DNA of 64,000 nt. It comes from Mobula birostris. Taxonomy: Eukaryota. The stretch covers positions 1,512,057 to 1,576,056 of the forward strand of contig NC_092395.1 of NCBI RefSeq assembly GCF_030028105.1, read 5' to 3'. Shown here piece by piece: positions 47,851 through 62,599 of the stretch. Within the stretch, counting starts at the first letter, position 1, and the number at the start of each line of letters is the position of its first letter. A program made the translations under genes and the position numbers. Under the pieces are notes generated by a model. That model made no database searches and was not told the origin of the DNA. It worked only from the letters and a program-made list of their open reading frames with translations.

Positions 47851-48340
47851 GGAGCGGTCGGTACCTCGACAAACCGCTGGACGAATCGGCCACCTTCACC
47901 CACTTCAGCACCGCCGGCTGTGCAACACTTTTCCCTTCCCCTCTCCCCACCCTCTGGGTCTCCGTAAGACGGCCGATTGGTTCCTATGTACGGCGGAACG
48001 CTTGCCAAACGCACTCACTTCCGGTTCCAGCCTTGGGGCGCGATGAACGACAGAGGAGAGAGGGGAGGGCGGTTTTGTTCTGTTCTGGTTTCTCCCTGCG
48101 GGGTCACACGAAGTTCAAGTTCAGACCGAGGTGCGCCACACAGAACATATACTGTCTGTAACTCACACATTTAACACAAAGTAATATTTCCGCAAACAAT
48201 AAGGTGCATTTACGGCACAAGTTATAAAGTAAGCGGTGTAACGCTGCCGGTGCTTCGTGATGGGACGTGTTTGGTGGTAGGGAGCGCGGTAGTCCGTCTC
48301 CGACCGGGGGAAAGGAGCTCCTCCTGCCTGACCGGTGGGG
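47850..48340 (-). promoter_or_regulatory. CpG-island promoter and probable non-coding exon 1 of ARMC6
   Basis: CpG-rich unique sequence. Minus-strand candidate donors GAG|gtaccg (exon end 47865) and GAA|gtgagt (exon end 48019). CCAAT box at 47976-47980 (minus strand) and ETS motif CCGGAAGTG at 48016-48024. The first coding exon has an upstream acceptor, so a 5' exon is expected. Confidence 0.6.
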
Positions 48341-49780
48341 GTCATACTCCCCTCGCAAAACGGTGGAGGAACCAAGCAGGTCAGGCGGTGTCTATGGAAA
48401 GAAATGAACAGCGGGCGAGACCCTTCATCAGGACTGCATGCCAAGGCACGGAAGATGGGAAATTGGAAAGTCACTATTTAAAAACGGAGAGTAGAATTGG
48501 TTACCCAGTATCAGGGGAAAGGAAACTGATTCAGCCACAAAAGATGCTATAAACATACCTAGTAAATATCAGTGAGACGAAAGATTTTTAGACAAAGTGC
48601 CACATAAGAAGTAGACGCATGAAATAAACCTTATGGGTTTTGGGGTAACTTACTGGCAGAGGTTGGGAACTGGTTAATAGGAGAAAGAAAACAGGAATAA
48701 AGTTTTTTTCCCCCTCTGAGGGGGCAGTGGTAATCAGTACAGTACCAGAGGGATCGATATAAGTCCCCTTCCATAAGGCATAGGAGCAAAATTAGGCCGT
48801 TTGGCCCATCGAGTCTGTTCCACCATTCCATCATGGCTGCTTTATTATCACTCTCAACCCCATTCCCCCCACTGTACAGCAGTGGTCAGACAGGGTGAGA
48901 ACACAGAACTGGGTAAGATTGTAAATCGTGAAGAGGAAACAAAGCAAAGACCAGGTGACTGTATGGGCAACAACAAAACAACTTGGTAAAGTCTGAACGC
49001 AAAACACTGCAGCACCATACAAGACCTTTAGTCGCAATTTGACCCAACCTCCTGACCACCATATACAACCCTGAGACTCATTTTCTTGCAGGCGTTCACA
49101 GTAGGTACAAAGAAACACAATAGAATCAATGAAAGACCTCACCCAATGAGATGAACAAACAACCAATTTGCAAAAGACAAACTGTTCAAATACAAAAGGA
49201 AAAATAATGAATAAGGAATAAATGTCAAGAACATGAAATGGATAATGTTATCTGGAGAATAGTAGAGAGCTAGTTGTGAACAAAGGCAGCTAACCCTGAA
49301 CACACGGCCTGCAGACAACAAAAAGAGGAATTAATCTATATTTTTTTTTAAAACTCTACTTTGTGTGAGGTGCTTCCCCCAAAATCCAGAGACACAAAAT
49401 GTTGGAGTTATTCACTGGCCTGAGGTGACAGGGTCATAAGACAATGCCAAACTTCCTCAGACTTTGCCTTCCTAAGAACACTACACACAAAATGCTGGAG
49501 GAACTCAGTAGGTCCAGCAGCATGAATAGAGGGGATAAAGAGTCGATGTATATTCCCCTCCATAGATACTGCCGGACCTGCTGAGCTCCTCCAGCATTTT
49601 GTGTGAGTTGGTCGAGACCTCCCCCATCTGCAGAATCCCTTGTGTTTATACCTTTCGAAGAAACTATCGTTCAGTTCTTCCGGCCCAGCCTCCGGTCAAA
49701 CCCCCACAATCCCCGCACAGATTCTCAAGAATAGAAAAGGCGCAGAGTTTCTCAAGAGTTGAAAACTTATTTCCCGAGCC

Positions 49781-49848
49781 CATGTCCATAAATGGCCGCA
49801 GGGTTCATGATGTCCCGGGAAACTTCACAATTACAAATTGTTACAGCA
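49781..49848 (+). promoter_or_regulatory. TSSK6 copy A core promoter / leader block
   Basis: catgtccataaatgg (TATA-like) followed by gggaaacttcacaattacaaattgttacagca; both are conserved upstream of copy B. Confidence 0.6.
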
Positions 49849-49873
49849 CTCGTGTGAACCGCTACACACGTAA

Positions 49874-50734
<861 letters not shown>

Positions 50735-52651
50735 GAGGCCACACCCCACAAGCAATCACCGTTAGTTTCCTCGTAGCGTTACCGTAACGGATGTAACAAC
50801 CTCTATCTAAAACCATTCTCAATTAAACCTTTGAAAGTGAACGAGCTCATTTATCAAATTATTATTAAGCTGTAATCTGCCAGCGTGCTCCCCGCATCTG
50901 GTCTCTTCCCTCTTCGATTTCAGTCTTGAAGAAGGGCCTTTATTTATTTAGAGCCTAATCACAGAACAACTTACAATGACCGGTTAACCTACTAACCCGC
51001 GCGTCTTTGGACTTGGGAGGAAACCCCTGCGCACACAGAAAGAACGCACACACTTCGTACAGATGGCGCCGGCACTGAAATGCAAACTCCGATGCCCTGC
51101 ATCGCGCTAACGGTTACGCATCGTGATGCTGGCTGTTTATTCATTTCCATGCATGCTGCCCGGCCTGCTGAGCTCCTCCAGCATTTTGTGTGTGATGCTG
51201 TGGATTTCCAGCATCTGCAGAAGCTCTTGTGTGTATGCACTCTTCAGAGTGGCCTCCCGTGACCTTGACCATTGCCTCTTCTCTCCCCACCCATACCTGT
51301 TGCCATCCTTTGACATTTTTGGCCCCCAACACCTCCCGTCTGTGGTCCCTCCTCAGCCCATGCCCCACACACTGCGAGAACCACCCCTGGGATCCATGTA
51401 CATCTGTCCAATGGAAAACATGGCACACTAACCATACCTACACCCCTTCCCTTCTCACTGAGAAAACAGGTTCTGCTCACTTCCCCGCTAATACATAGAA
51501 GCAGAATGAGGCCATTCAGCCATCAAATCTGCTCTGCCATTCTATCACGTCTGATTTATTATCCCTCTCAACCCCATTCTCCTGTCTTCTTCCCATAACC
51601 TTTGATGCCCTGACTAATCAAGAACCTATCAACCTCCATTTTAAATCTAGCTAATGACTTGTCCTCCACAGCTGTCTGTGACAATGAGTTCCTCAGATTC
51701 ACTATCGTCTGGCTAAAGAAATTTCTCCTCATCTCTGTTCTAAATGAACATCCCTCTGAGTGTGTGCCCTCTGCTCCTAGCTCCCCCACTACAGAAAACA
51801 TCCTCTCTAAATCAACTCTATCTGGAACATCCCGGCTTCTCGACCCTCATGAATCCTAGGCACACAGTCACGCGCTCGAACCCGAAGAATCCCTATCCAG
51901 TGCAGGAGCGAAGGGTGGGATGTATCTGGAGACTACTCGCTCAACTCTTCAACCCAGTTCAGTTTTGCAGACTATACTTAGTGACCCACAAAGTTCAAAC
52001 TAAATTTACCCTGAGACTCATTTTCTTCTGGGCATTTACAAGAAACTAATGAAACACAACAGAATTTATGAAAAACTACACATAGAAGGACTGACAAACA
52101 ACCAATGTGCAAAGGAAGACAAATTGTGCAAAATAAAAATGAATACTGAGAACATGAGTTGTATAACTCACGGAGCCGACGGCTTCAAACATCTCGGCTT
52201 ACTTTGCCTTTGTGTCCATCACAGAAAGGTATTCTCTATAACTTGCTCTCTGCACTGTGGCCCTCGTTCCATCTCTGACCCCATCTTCACAAGTTGGATG
52301 TTCAAAGCCAAGCGTGCACTCAGGTTGTCAGTTTGCCTGGATGAGATGGGCTGTGGGGGTCCTGTGCTGTGTGCCTCTGAGACTGGATGCAGCGATGTGA
52401 TGTGGGTGATAAGGGTATCTGTTTATTCCTGTCCCATGAGCTAATGTGCCCAAACAATAACGGTGAACTAGGTTGAGAGAGGCAGCCGACTGAGGTTTCT
52501 CGGAAACATCTCAGAAGATTGGGAACGTCTCTGTTGGGCTTCCCCCTCTAAAGGGGTTTTCAAGGTGAACATGCTTCACTTTAACTGTGAATGCCTGGTT
52601 GAAATAGGTGAGCATCATGCAGGAACCCCAACAAGACCCAGATCTGATCGA

Positions 52652-55282
52652 TCATAAGACCATAAGACAAAGGAGCAGAAGTCGGCCATTCGGCCCATCG
52701 AGTCTGCTCCGCCATTTTATCATGAGCTGATCCATTCTCCCATTTAGTCCCACTGCCCTGCCTTCTCACCATAACCTTTGATGCCCCGGCTACTCAGATA
52801 CCTATCAATCTGCCTTAAATACACCCAGTGACTTGGCCTCCACTGCTGCCCGTGGCAACAAATTCCATAGATCCACCACCCTCTGGCTAAAAAAATTTCT
52901 TCGCATTTCTGTTCTGAATGGGCGCCCTTCAATCCTTAAGTCATGCCCCCTCGTACTAGACTCCCCCATCATGGGAAACAACTTTGCCACATCCACTCTG
53001 TCCATGCCTTTCAACATTCGAAATATTTCTATAAGGTCTCCCCTCATTCTTCTAAACTCCAAGGAATACAGTCCAAGAGCAGACAAATGTTCCTCATGTG
53101 TTAACCCTCTCATTCCCGGAATCATTCTAGTGAATCTTCTCTGTACCCTCTCCAACGTCAGCACATCCTTTCTTAAATAAGGAGACCAAAACTGCCCACA
53201 GTACTCCAAGTGAGGTCTCACCAGTGCCTTATAGACCCTCAACATCACATCCCTGCTCCTATACTCTATTCCTCTAGAAATGAATGCCAACATTGCATTC
53301 GCCTTCTTCACTACTGACTCAACCTGGAGGTTAACCCTAAGGGTATCCTGTACGAGGACTCCCAAGTCCCGTTGCATCTCAGAACTTTGAATTCTTTCCC
53401 CATTTAAATAATAGTCTGCTCATTTATTTCTTCTGCCAAAGTGCATAACCACACACTTTCCAATATTGTACTTCATTTGCCACCTCTCTGCCCATTCTTC
53501 CAATCTATCCAAGTCTCTCTGCAGACTCTCCGTTTCCTCAGCACTACCAGCCCCTCCACCTATCTTCGTATCGTCAGCAAACTTAGCAACAAAGCCATCT
53601 ATTCCATAATCCAAATCATTGATGTACAATGTAAAAAGAAGCGGCCCCAACACTGATCCCTGTGGAACACCACTGGTAACCGGCAGCCAACCAGAATAGG
53701 ATCCCTTTATTCCCACTCTCTGTTTCCTGCCAATCAGCCAACGTTCTATCCACATATGTAACTTTCCCGTAATTCCATGGGCTCTTATCTTGTTAAGTAG
53801 CCTCATGTGCGGCACCTTGTCAAAGGCCTTCTGAAAATCCAAATATACAACATCCACTGCATCTCTCTTGTCTAGCCTACTGGTAATTTCCTCAAAAAAT
53901 TGTAATAGGTTTGTCAGGCAGGATTTTCCTTTAAGGAAACCATGCTGAGTTCTGCCTATCTTGTCATATGCCTCCAGGTACTCTGTAACCTCATCCTTGA
54001 CAATCGACTCCAACAACTTCCCAACCACCGATGTCAAGCTAACAGGTCTATAATTTCCTTTTTGCTTCCTTGCCCCCTTCTTAAATAGCAGAGTGACATT
54101 TGCAATCTTCCAGTCCTCCAGGACCATGCCAGAATCTATCGACTTTTGAATGGTCATTGCTAGTGCCTCCGCAATCTCCACAGCTACTTCCTTCAGAACA
54201 CGCGGGTCCATCTGGTCTGGGAGATTTATCTACCTTTAGACTATTCAGCTTCCTGAGTACTTTCTCTGTCATAATTGTGACTGCGCACACTTCTCTTCCC
54301 TGCCACCCTTGAGTGCCCGTATACTGCTGATGTCTTCCTCAGTGAAGAGTGGTGCAAAATACTCGTTCAATTCCTCTGCCATCTCCTTATCTCCCATTAC
54401 AATTTCTCCAGCATCATTTTATCATCCTATATCTACTCGTACCTGTCTTTTACTCTTTATATACTTGAAAAAGCTTTTAGTATCCTCTTTGATATTATTT
54501 GCTAGCTTCCTTTCATAGTTCATCTTTTCCCTCTTAATGACCTTCTTAGTTTCCTTTTGTAAGGTTTTAAAAACTTCCCAATCCTCTGTCTTCCCACTAA
54601 TTTTTGCTTCCTTGTATGCCCTCTCCTTTGCTCTAACTTTGGCTTTGACTTCTCTTGTCAGCCACGGTTGCATCCTTTTCCCATTCGAAAATTTCTTCAT
54701 TTTTGGAATATACTTGTCTTGCACTTTCCTCACTTCTCGCATAAACTTCAGCCAATGCTGCTCTGCTGTCTTTCCTGCCAGTGTCCCTTTCCAGTCAACT
54801 TTGGCCAGTTCCTCTCTCATGCCACTGTAATTTCCTTTACTCCGCTGAAATACTGACACATCAGATTTCAGCTTCTCTTTTTCAAATTTCACAGTGAACT
54901 CAATCATGTTATGATCACTGCCTCCTAAGTTCCTTCATCTCAATCTCTCCAATCACCTCCGGTTCATTACACAATACCCAATCCAGTACAGCCGATCCCC
55001 TAGTGGGCTCAACAACAAGCTGTTCTAAAAAGCCATCTCGCAGACATTCTACAAATTCTCTCTCTTGAGATCCAGTGCCAACCTGATTTTCCCAATCCAC
55101 TCGCATGTTAAAATCCCCCACAATTATCATAACACTGCCCTTCTGACAAGCCTTTTCTATCTCCTGTTGTAATTTGTAGTCCACATCCCTGCAGCTGTTT
55201 GGAGGCCTATAAATAACTGCCATCAGGGTCCTTCTACCCCTGCGATTTCTTAGCTCAACTCATAAGGATTCTGCACCTTCTG
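52652..55282 (-). mobile_element. Relatively young 5'-truncated CR1 LINE (endonuclease C-terminal part, RT, 3' UTR) between the TSSK6 copies
   Basis: ORF2 in four long pieces (54915-55223 YRPP/GDFN, 54422-54907, 53420-54211 PQGSVLGP/FADD, 52805-53377); (TCTTATGG) tail at about 52652-52668. Confidence 0.92.
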
Positions 55283-55865
55283 GCTTCACCTGGCTTCAAC
55301 ATAACATCTTCAAATGGGTTCTTCTTTTGAAATAAAGGGGGTTCTAATCTTCACAATGGGCCTTCCTCCCTTTTGGATTGTCACTGAGGGCAAGATATTT
55401 GTCATGCCTTTCCAGAAAGTTCCATTCATAGAGGTGGTTGAGGCCTCTGATAAACATTTCCAGGTCATCCAGGAGGGAACGAGCTGGCTTTCTTCATGGC
55501 CATCCACTAGAAATCGGGAGGAATGAAGGTTCATCCAACTGGCACATACTTTCCAGAGGACAGTTTGGCCCTTTGACCTCAACAGCAGGTCATGCCCCCT
55601 GACACCTCCATGTTGGAGGTGACCTCATAAATACCGAGTGTCATGGATTGGATCAGAAGCACCTCACACTGCCCCCACCCGATGGGAAACAAGGCTCAAC
55701 AAGACCTTCTGCGTGCAGGTTCCATCCTTACACGTCTTTCTGCAAAGCAGCAGCAAGCTCGATTGTGTCTTGGAATGTGTGGAGCTGGGTTCCTCCCATG
55801 AACTCAAGGGGGAAAAGGCAACAGCCTGAAGCACCAAATCATTTCATAGTTATCAGCACAGTGAA

Positions 55866-55965
55866 GCCAATCATTTTTTGAAAGCATTTCAGGACATGTC
55901 TATAAAAGGTGATGGGGATGAGATGTGACACAGGGAAAACTTCACAACAGCAAATTATTACAGCA
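55866..55965 (+). promoter_or_regulatory. TSSK6 copy B core promoter / leader block
   Basis: CCAAT at 55867-55871, catgtcTATAAAAgg at 55895-55909, gggaaaacttcacaacagcaaattattacagca at 55933-55965. Confidence 0.65.
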
Positions 55966-55978
55966 GGCGCATTGATAG

Positions 55979-56839
<861 letters not shown>

Positions 56840-56977
56840 AGGAATATGCTCTAAAGTGGCTTAGCTCAGGGTCCTTGCTGCATTATTGTCCAACCAGCGC
56901 AGTGTCCAGGTACCGTGGCTGGTACGTTTGCCTCAGGCAAAGACAGTGTCCTCTGCTGAGAACGGCAGTCCTTCTCA

Positions 56978-57069
56978 GTGTGCGTGTGTGCGTGTGAGTG
57001 TGTGTGTGTGTGTGCGTGTGTGCGTGTGAGTGTGTGTGTGTGTGTGAGAGAGAGAGAGAAAGAAAAGAG
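56978..57069. repeat. (GT)n/(GA)n compound microsatellite downstream of TSSK6 copy B
   Basis: Directly visible. Confidence 0.9.
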
Positions 57070-57699
57070 ATTAGGTAGAATTAGAGAAAGAAGCACAAGA
57101 GATTACAAGGAGGGCGAGAGGGGCTTGAGATATTCGAGAGAACAAGGAGGATGGAAACATTAGCCAGCAAAGGATAAGATTTTTTTCTTGTTTATTTTTG
57201 GCTCTCTTTACATATGGGATTTATGATTTTTTAAAAACTGTTTATGCATTGCAAAGAACTGCTGCCACAAAAGATTTCAAGACAAATGCCAGTGAACCGC
57301 TGCTGAGTTTCTGAACCACTGCAGTCATCTCCATCGAGGTAGGAGTAGCTGGTGGAGGCTCCGAGTGCAGGAGTTATCAAAGTTCATATATGTCACCATA
57401 TACAACCCAGAGCCATTTAGGAACAGCCTCTTCCCCTCTGCCATCTGATTCCAAAATGGATATTGAAGCTTTGGCCACTACCTCACTTTTTAAAAAAATA
57501 TACAGTATTTCTGTTTTTGCACATTTTAAAAAATCTATTCCATATACATAATTGATTTACTATTTATTATGTTTTATTTTATTCATTATTACTATTTTTT
57601 TCTCTCTCTGCTATATTATGTATTGCATTGAACTGCTGCTGCTAAGTTAACAAATTTCATGTCACATGCCAATGATAATAAACCTGATTCTGATTCTAA

Positions 57700-58550
57700 A
57701 TACAAAGGAACAAAAATATATCAATAAGCAAAAAATATTGAGAACGCGAGGTGAAGAGTCCTTGAGTCCTTAGTATGTGGGAACAGTTCTGTGAAGTTGA
57801 GTGAAGTTATCCCCTTTGGTTCAACAGTCTTATGGTTGAGGGGTAATAACTGTTCCTGAACCCGATGCTGTGAGCCCTGAGGCTCCTGTACCTTCTTCCT
57901 GATGGCAGCAGTGAGAAGAAGGCAGTCCTGGTTGGTGGGGGTCCCGGATAATGGATGCTGCTTTCCTGCAACAACACACTGTGTTGATGTGCACAATACT
58001 GTGGAGGGTTTTACCCAAACTGGACTGCCCCTGTATCCACTAATTTTTATTGGATTTTCTGTTCAAGGCCATTGGTGATTCCGTACCAGACCATGATGCA
58101 ACCAGTCAGTATACTCTCTACTGCACATTTATTAAAGTTTGTCACATTTTAGATGTCATACCAAATCTTTGCAAACTGCTATGGAAGTAGAGGCACTGCC
58201 GTGCTTTCTTCATAATTGTACTTGCATGCTGGGCCCAGAACGGGTCCGCTGAAACGATAACACTGAGGAACTTAAAGCTGCCGACCCTCTCCCCCTCTGA
58301 TCGTCCAATGAGTCTGGTCTCGGACTTCTGGTTTCCTTAAGACAACAATCAGTTCTTCGGTCTTACTGACACTGAGTGAGAGGTTGTTGTTACGGCACCA
58401 GCCAGCTAGATTGTGAATCTCCCCCCTCTGTGCTGATTGACCACCATCTTTGATTTGGTCAACAACAGTGGTGTCATTAGCAGACGTGAATATGGCATTG
58501 GAGCTGTGCTTAGCCACACAGTCATGAGTGTGAAGGCCAAGCACAGCAGC
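57700..58550 (-). mobile_element. Rex1/Babar-type LINE fragment
   Basis: THDCVAKHSSNAI...WCRNNNLSLSVSKTEELIV. Confidence 0.7.
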
Positions 58551-59132
58551 CACTCTATGACTCTCAACACTGGGGATAATCAGGAGGGCGAGGTCAATGG
58601 AGGTGACTTCATTAAGTCAACAAGAATGGGAATTCCCAATTTATGGTCCCATTCCTGCCCCCCCCCAATAGAGCATAGACCCCAGTACAGTACAGGAACA
58701 GGGCCTCTGGCCCTCAATGTTGTGTCAAACCAATTAAATTAGTAATCAAACAGCCAACTAAACTAATCTCTTCTGCCTATGCAATGCCCGTATCTTTCTA
58801 TTTTCCTCACATTCATGTGCCAATCTAGGAAAATTTATATACTTCCCCATACCGTCTGTTCCTTTCCTTCCCCAAGCCTAGAGTAAAAGTCAGTGAATTG
58901 TGGTCAACATCTCCAAATCACTCTCCCTGTGAGAGACGTGTCACCTGACCTCATTCGTTGGGAATCGGAGTGGGATTCGGCACGAGGCAGACGGGAGCAA
59001 TGGAGCAGAGGTAGCTGTACCCAAGTGGTGGGAGGTCATTACATGAGAACACAGTTAGTTATGGAGCTGTAACAGTGGGTAGAACAATGTGCTAGGCTAA
59101 TGCATCTCTAAAATAACCAGGCAATACAATCT

Positions 59133-59520
59133 ACACACATAAAAATTGCTGGTGAATGCAGCAGGCCAGGCAGCATCTCTAGGGAGAGGTATAGTCGACT
59201 AAGAGAGAGTTAGATATGGCCCTTGTGGCTAAAGGGATCAGGGGGTATGGAGAAAAGGCAGGTACAGGGTTCTGAGTTGGATGATCAGCCATGATCATAC
59301 TGAATGGCTTGCAGGCTTGAAGGGCCAAATGGCCTACTCCTGTACCTATTTTCTATGTTTCTATGTTTTGGGCTGGCACCCTTCATCAGGACTTACGAAG
59401 GGTTTTGGCCCAAAGTGTCGACTGTACCTCTTCCTACAGATGCTGCCTGGCCTGCTGCGTTCACCAGCAACTTTGATGTGTGTTGCTTGAAATTCCAGCA
59501 TCTGCAGATTTCCTCGTGTC
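59133..59520. mobile_element. Palindromic Penelope-derived element with a CR1 3' tail inserted at 59201-59365
   Basis: The left arm gctggtgaatgcagcaggccaggcagcatct is the reverse complement of the right arm agatgctgcctggcctgctgcgttcaccagc. Confidence 0.7.
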
Positions 59521-60883
59521 TGCAATACAATCTATTTATTGTTTTTGGGGAGGTCGATATTAAGGTAATAATAGAAACATGTGTGAAGCTTTATCACCAC
59601 AAGTAATTCATGAGTGAAGAGTTGAACACAAATTGTTTTAGTCTGATAAATAACAGCTTTGTATAATTAGTCACTTGCATCTTGCTACAGTACCATGGAA
59701 AAGTCTTAGGCACATATATTTAAATAGGATGCCTAAGACTTTTGCACAATACTGTATTTGTCAACGAGAGAGAGTTTGTAAATCTGGGGAGAGCAAAGGA
59801 TGTTGGGGATGGCGAGGGTGGAACATTGCGGGAGGGGTGTTGTACAAGTGGCAGAGAAGTGCCAAGGGTGGGGCGATGGGTTGTGAGGGTGCAGACACAC
59901 CCAGCCCTGAGACACCAGGCAATATCATTTGATCCCAAACAACTGGTCTATTGATCATTACAGAATCTCTCTTGGTGTTTCCTGCTCCCTCCCCTCTTCC
60001 TTCCCCTTTCCCCAACCTAGATACCCCTCTCTCTGCCCCCTTCCCACTCTCAGACCACAGTAGAGACCCAGATCAGAATCAGGTTTGTCATCAGCAACAC
60101 ACACACACACACACAATACTGGAGGAACTCAGCAGGTCAGGCAGCATCCACGGAAATGAATAGATGTTTTGGGCCGAAACCTGCTTCGGACTGAGAAGGA
60201 AGGGGAAGGTACCTGCAGAGAAAGGTCAGGTGAAGGGAAGCAGGCGAGATGGACGATGTTAGGTGAAGGTCAAGGTCTGGAGAGGAAGGAATCTGGTAGG
60301 AGAGGAGGGTGGGCCATAGGAGAAAGGGGAGGAGGAGGGGGCCCAGGGGACACATAGGCTGGCGAGGTCAAAGGTGAACGTGGGGAATAAAGGAAGCTGG
60401 GGGGCGCGGGGCTTGGAATTTGTGTACTGTAAAGAGAAATCAATATTCATGCTATCAGGCCGGAGAAAAACAGGGTGTTGCTCCTCCACTGATGGTGGCT
60501 GCATCTTTGCACAAGAGGTGGCCATGGACTGACACTCACGTCATGAAATCTGTTTTTTTTTGTGGTAGCAGTACAGTGCAATACTTAAAATTACTACAGT
60601 ACTGTAAAAACCTTAGGCACCTTAGCTATACATATGTGCTTAAAACTTCTGCACAGTACTGTCCATCCATAAGTAGATGAAGGCTGATGTGGTGAGCTGT
60701 AAATATTGGCTGTTGGTATGGGACTGTTACTCTTCATTAGGCAGAATCAGTGAAGTGTGTGGGGATAACCCCCCTCTGGCGTTAACAGTCACCTCCAGCC
60801 AAAGACAGCCCCTAACATGGCAACACCACCAACGATGCAACAGAGAAGAGAGGGTGAAGGTGAGGTTGTGGGGGAAGAGAATT

Positions 60884-61607
60884 GTGTGGGAACGGGATGG
60901 GGTAGTTGTGGGAATGGGATGGGGTAGGTGTGGGAATAGGATGGGGGTAGGTGTGGGAACGGGATGGGGTAGTTGTGGGAACGGGATGGGGGTAGGTGTG
61001 GGAATGGGATGGGGTAGGTGTGGGAACGGGATGGGGTAGTTGTGGGAACGGGATGGGGTAGGTGTGGGAATGGGATGGGGTAGGTGTGGGAACGGGATGG
61101 GGGTAGGTGTGGGAACGGGATGGGGTAGTTGTGGGAACGGGATGGGGGTAGGTGTGGGAACGGGATGGGGGTAGGTGTGGGAACGGGCTGAGGGTAGGTG
61201 TGGGAATGGGATGGGGTAGGTGTGGGAATGGGATGGGGTAGTTGTGGGAATGGGATGGGGGTAGGTGTGGGAATGGGATGGGGGTAGTTGTGGGAACGGG
61301 ATGGGGGTAGTTGTGGGAACGGGATGGGGGTAGGTGTGGGAACGGGATGGGGGTAGGTGTGGGAATGGGATGGGGGTAGTTGTGGGAATGGGATGGGGTA
61401 GTTGTGGGAATGGGATGGGGGTAGGTGTGGGAATGGGATGGGGATAGGTGTGGGGATGGGGATAGGTGTGGGAATGGGATGGGGATAGTTGTGGGAATGG
61501 GATGGGAGTAGGTTTGGGAATGGGATGGGGGTAGGTTTGGGAATGGGATGGGGTAGGTGTGGGAATGGAATGGGGTAGGTGTGGGAATGGGATGGGGGTA
61601 GGTGGGG
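60884..61607. repeat. 22-23-bp G-rich minisatellite (GTGGGAAYGGGATGGGG(G)TAGKT)n, about 32 copies
   Basis: Directly visible tandem units. Confidence 0.95.
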
Positions 61608-62599
61608 AGAACCTTTCCAGCACTGAGGACACATTCAAAAGGGGATGACTCAAACAGGCAGCATCCATCACCCTCACCACCCTGGACTTGCCCTCTGCTC
61701 ATTGCTACCATCTTTTTGCTCTCCTCCTGCACAATGTATTTAATTAAAAAATATATTGGTTATTATAATTTCTGGTATTTTATTATTATGTACTGCACTG
61801 AACTGCTGCTGCAAAACAACCAATTGCACGATATATGCCAGTGATGTTAAACCTAGTTCTCATTCTGAGGGTTCAAAACCAGGTTCAGGAATGGCTACTT
61901 TCCTTCGAACATTCTGTTCTTAAACCAACTGGCACAACCCAAATCACTGCCTCAGTATAGCAACACTGAACACTGTGATCACTTTCCACTACAAGGGATA
62001 TTTTTGTTCTAATTGTGTTCTTTCTTGTAGAAATTATATATAATTTATTTGTTTGTTGTGACGCTGCTTATCTGATGTGGTGAGCATGTGATGCTGCTGC
62101 AAATAAGTTTTTTTTATTGCACCTGTGCCAACATGCACTTGTGCAGGTGATGGTAAACACGGCTTTTACTTTGGAAACTTAGTTGTGCAGACATTCATTA
62201 CGAGCATCCAACTTTGCAGACCAGCTCCGGAACCAGTATCAGGTTTAATGTAGTCATAGAACACTACAGCACAGAAACAAGCCCTTTGGCCCATCTAGTC
62301 TACCACCAAACTATTATTCTGCCTAGACCCATCGACCTGCACCCAGACCATAGCCCTCTGCACCTCTCCCATTCATGTACCTATCCAAATTTCTCTTAAA
62401 TGTTGAAATTAAACCTGCATCCACCACTTCCACTGGCAGCTTGCTCCACACTCTCACCACCATTATGTTCCCTAGATGCAAAGTGTTTCCCTTACACAAA
62501 CTTCTTTCACCTGCCCTGTCTCATTCTCTAATAGGAGATCTAGTATCACAGTCGCTCTAGCTGGGATTTCTATTTGCTGATTAATAAAACTTTTCTGAA

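Noticed and set aside
35314-48014. Very long minus-strand ORFs (up to 981 aa) rich in P/S/H/L
   Set aside because: They arise because the C-rich repeat strand has few stop codons. They overlap in all three frames, unit lengths are mostly not multiples of 3, and most start at non-ATG codons.
50777-50789. Palindrome CGTTACCGTAACG in the TSSK6-A 3' UTR resembling an RFX X-box
   Set aside because: Imperfect match, not present in copy B, and too short to support.
58975-58987. ATTCGGCACGAGG resembles the EcoRI cDNA adaptor
   Set aside because: Only 13 nt, incomplete, embedded in genomic context with no vector or cDNA junction; probably chance.
60727-61732. Pro/His/Thr-rich ORFs of about 300 aa
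   Set aside because: Translation of the 22-23-bp minisatellite, open in all three minus frames.
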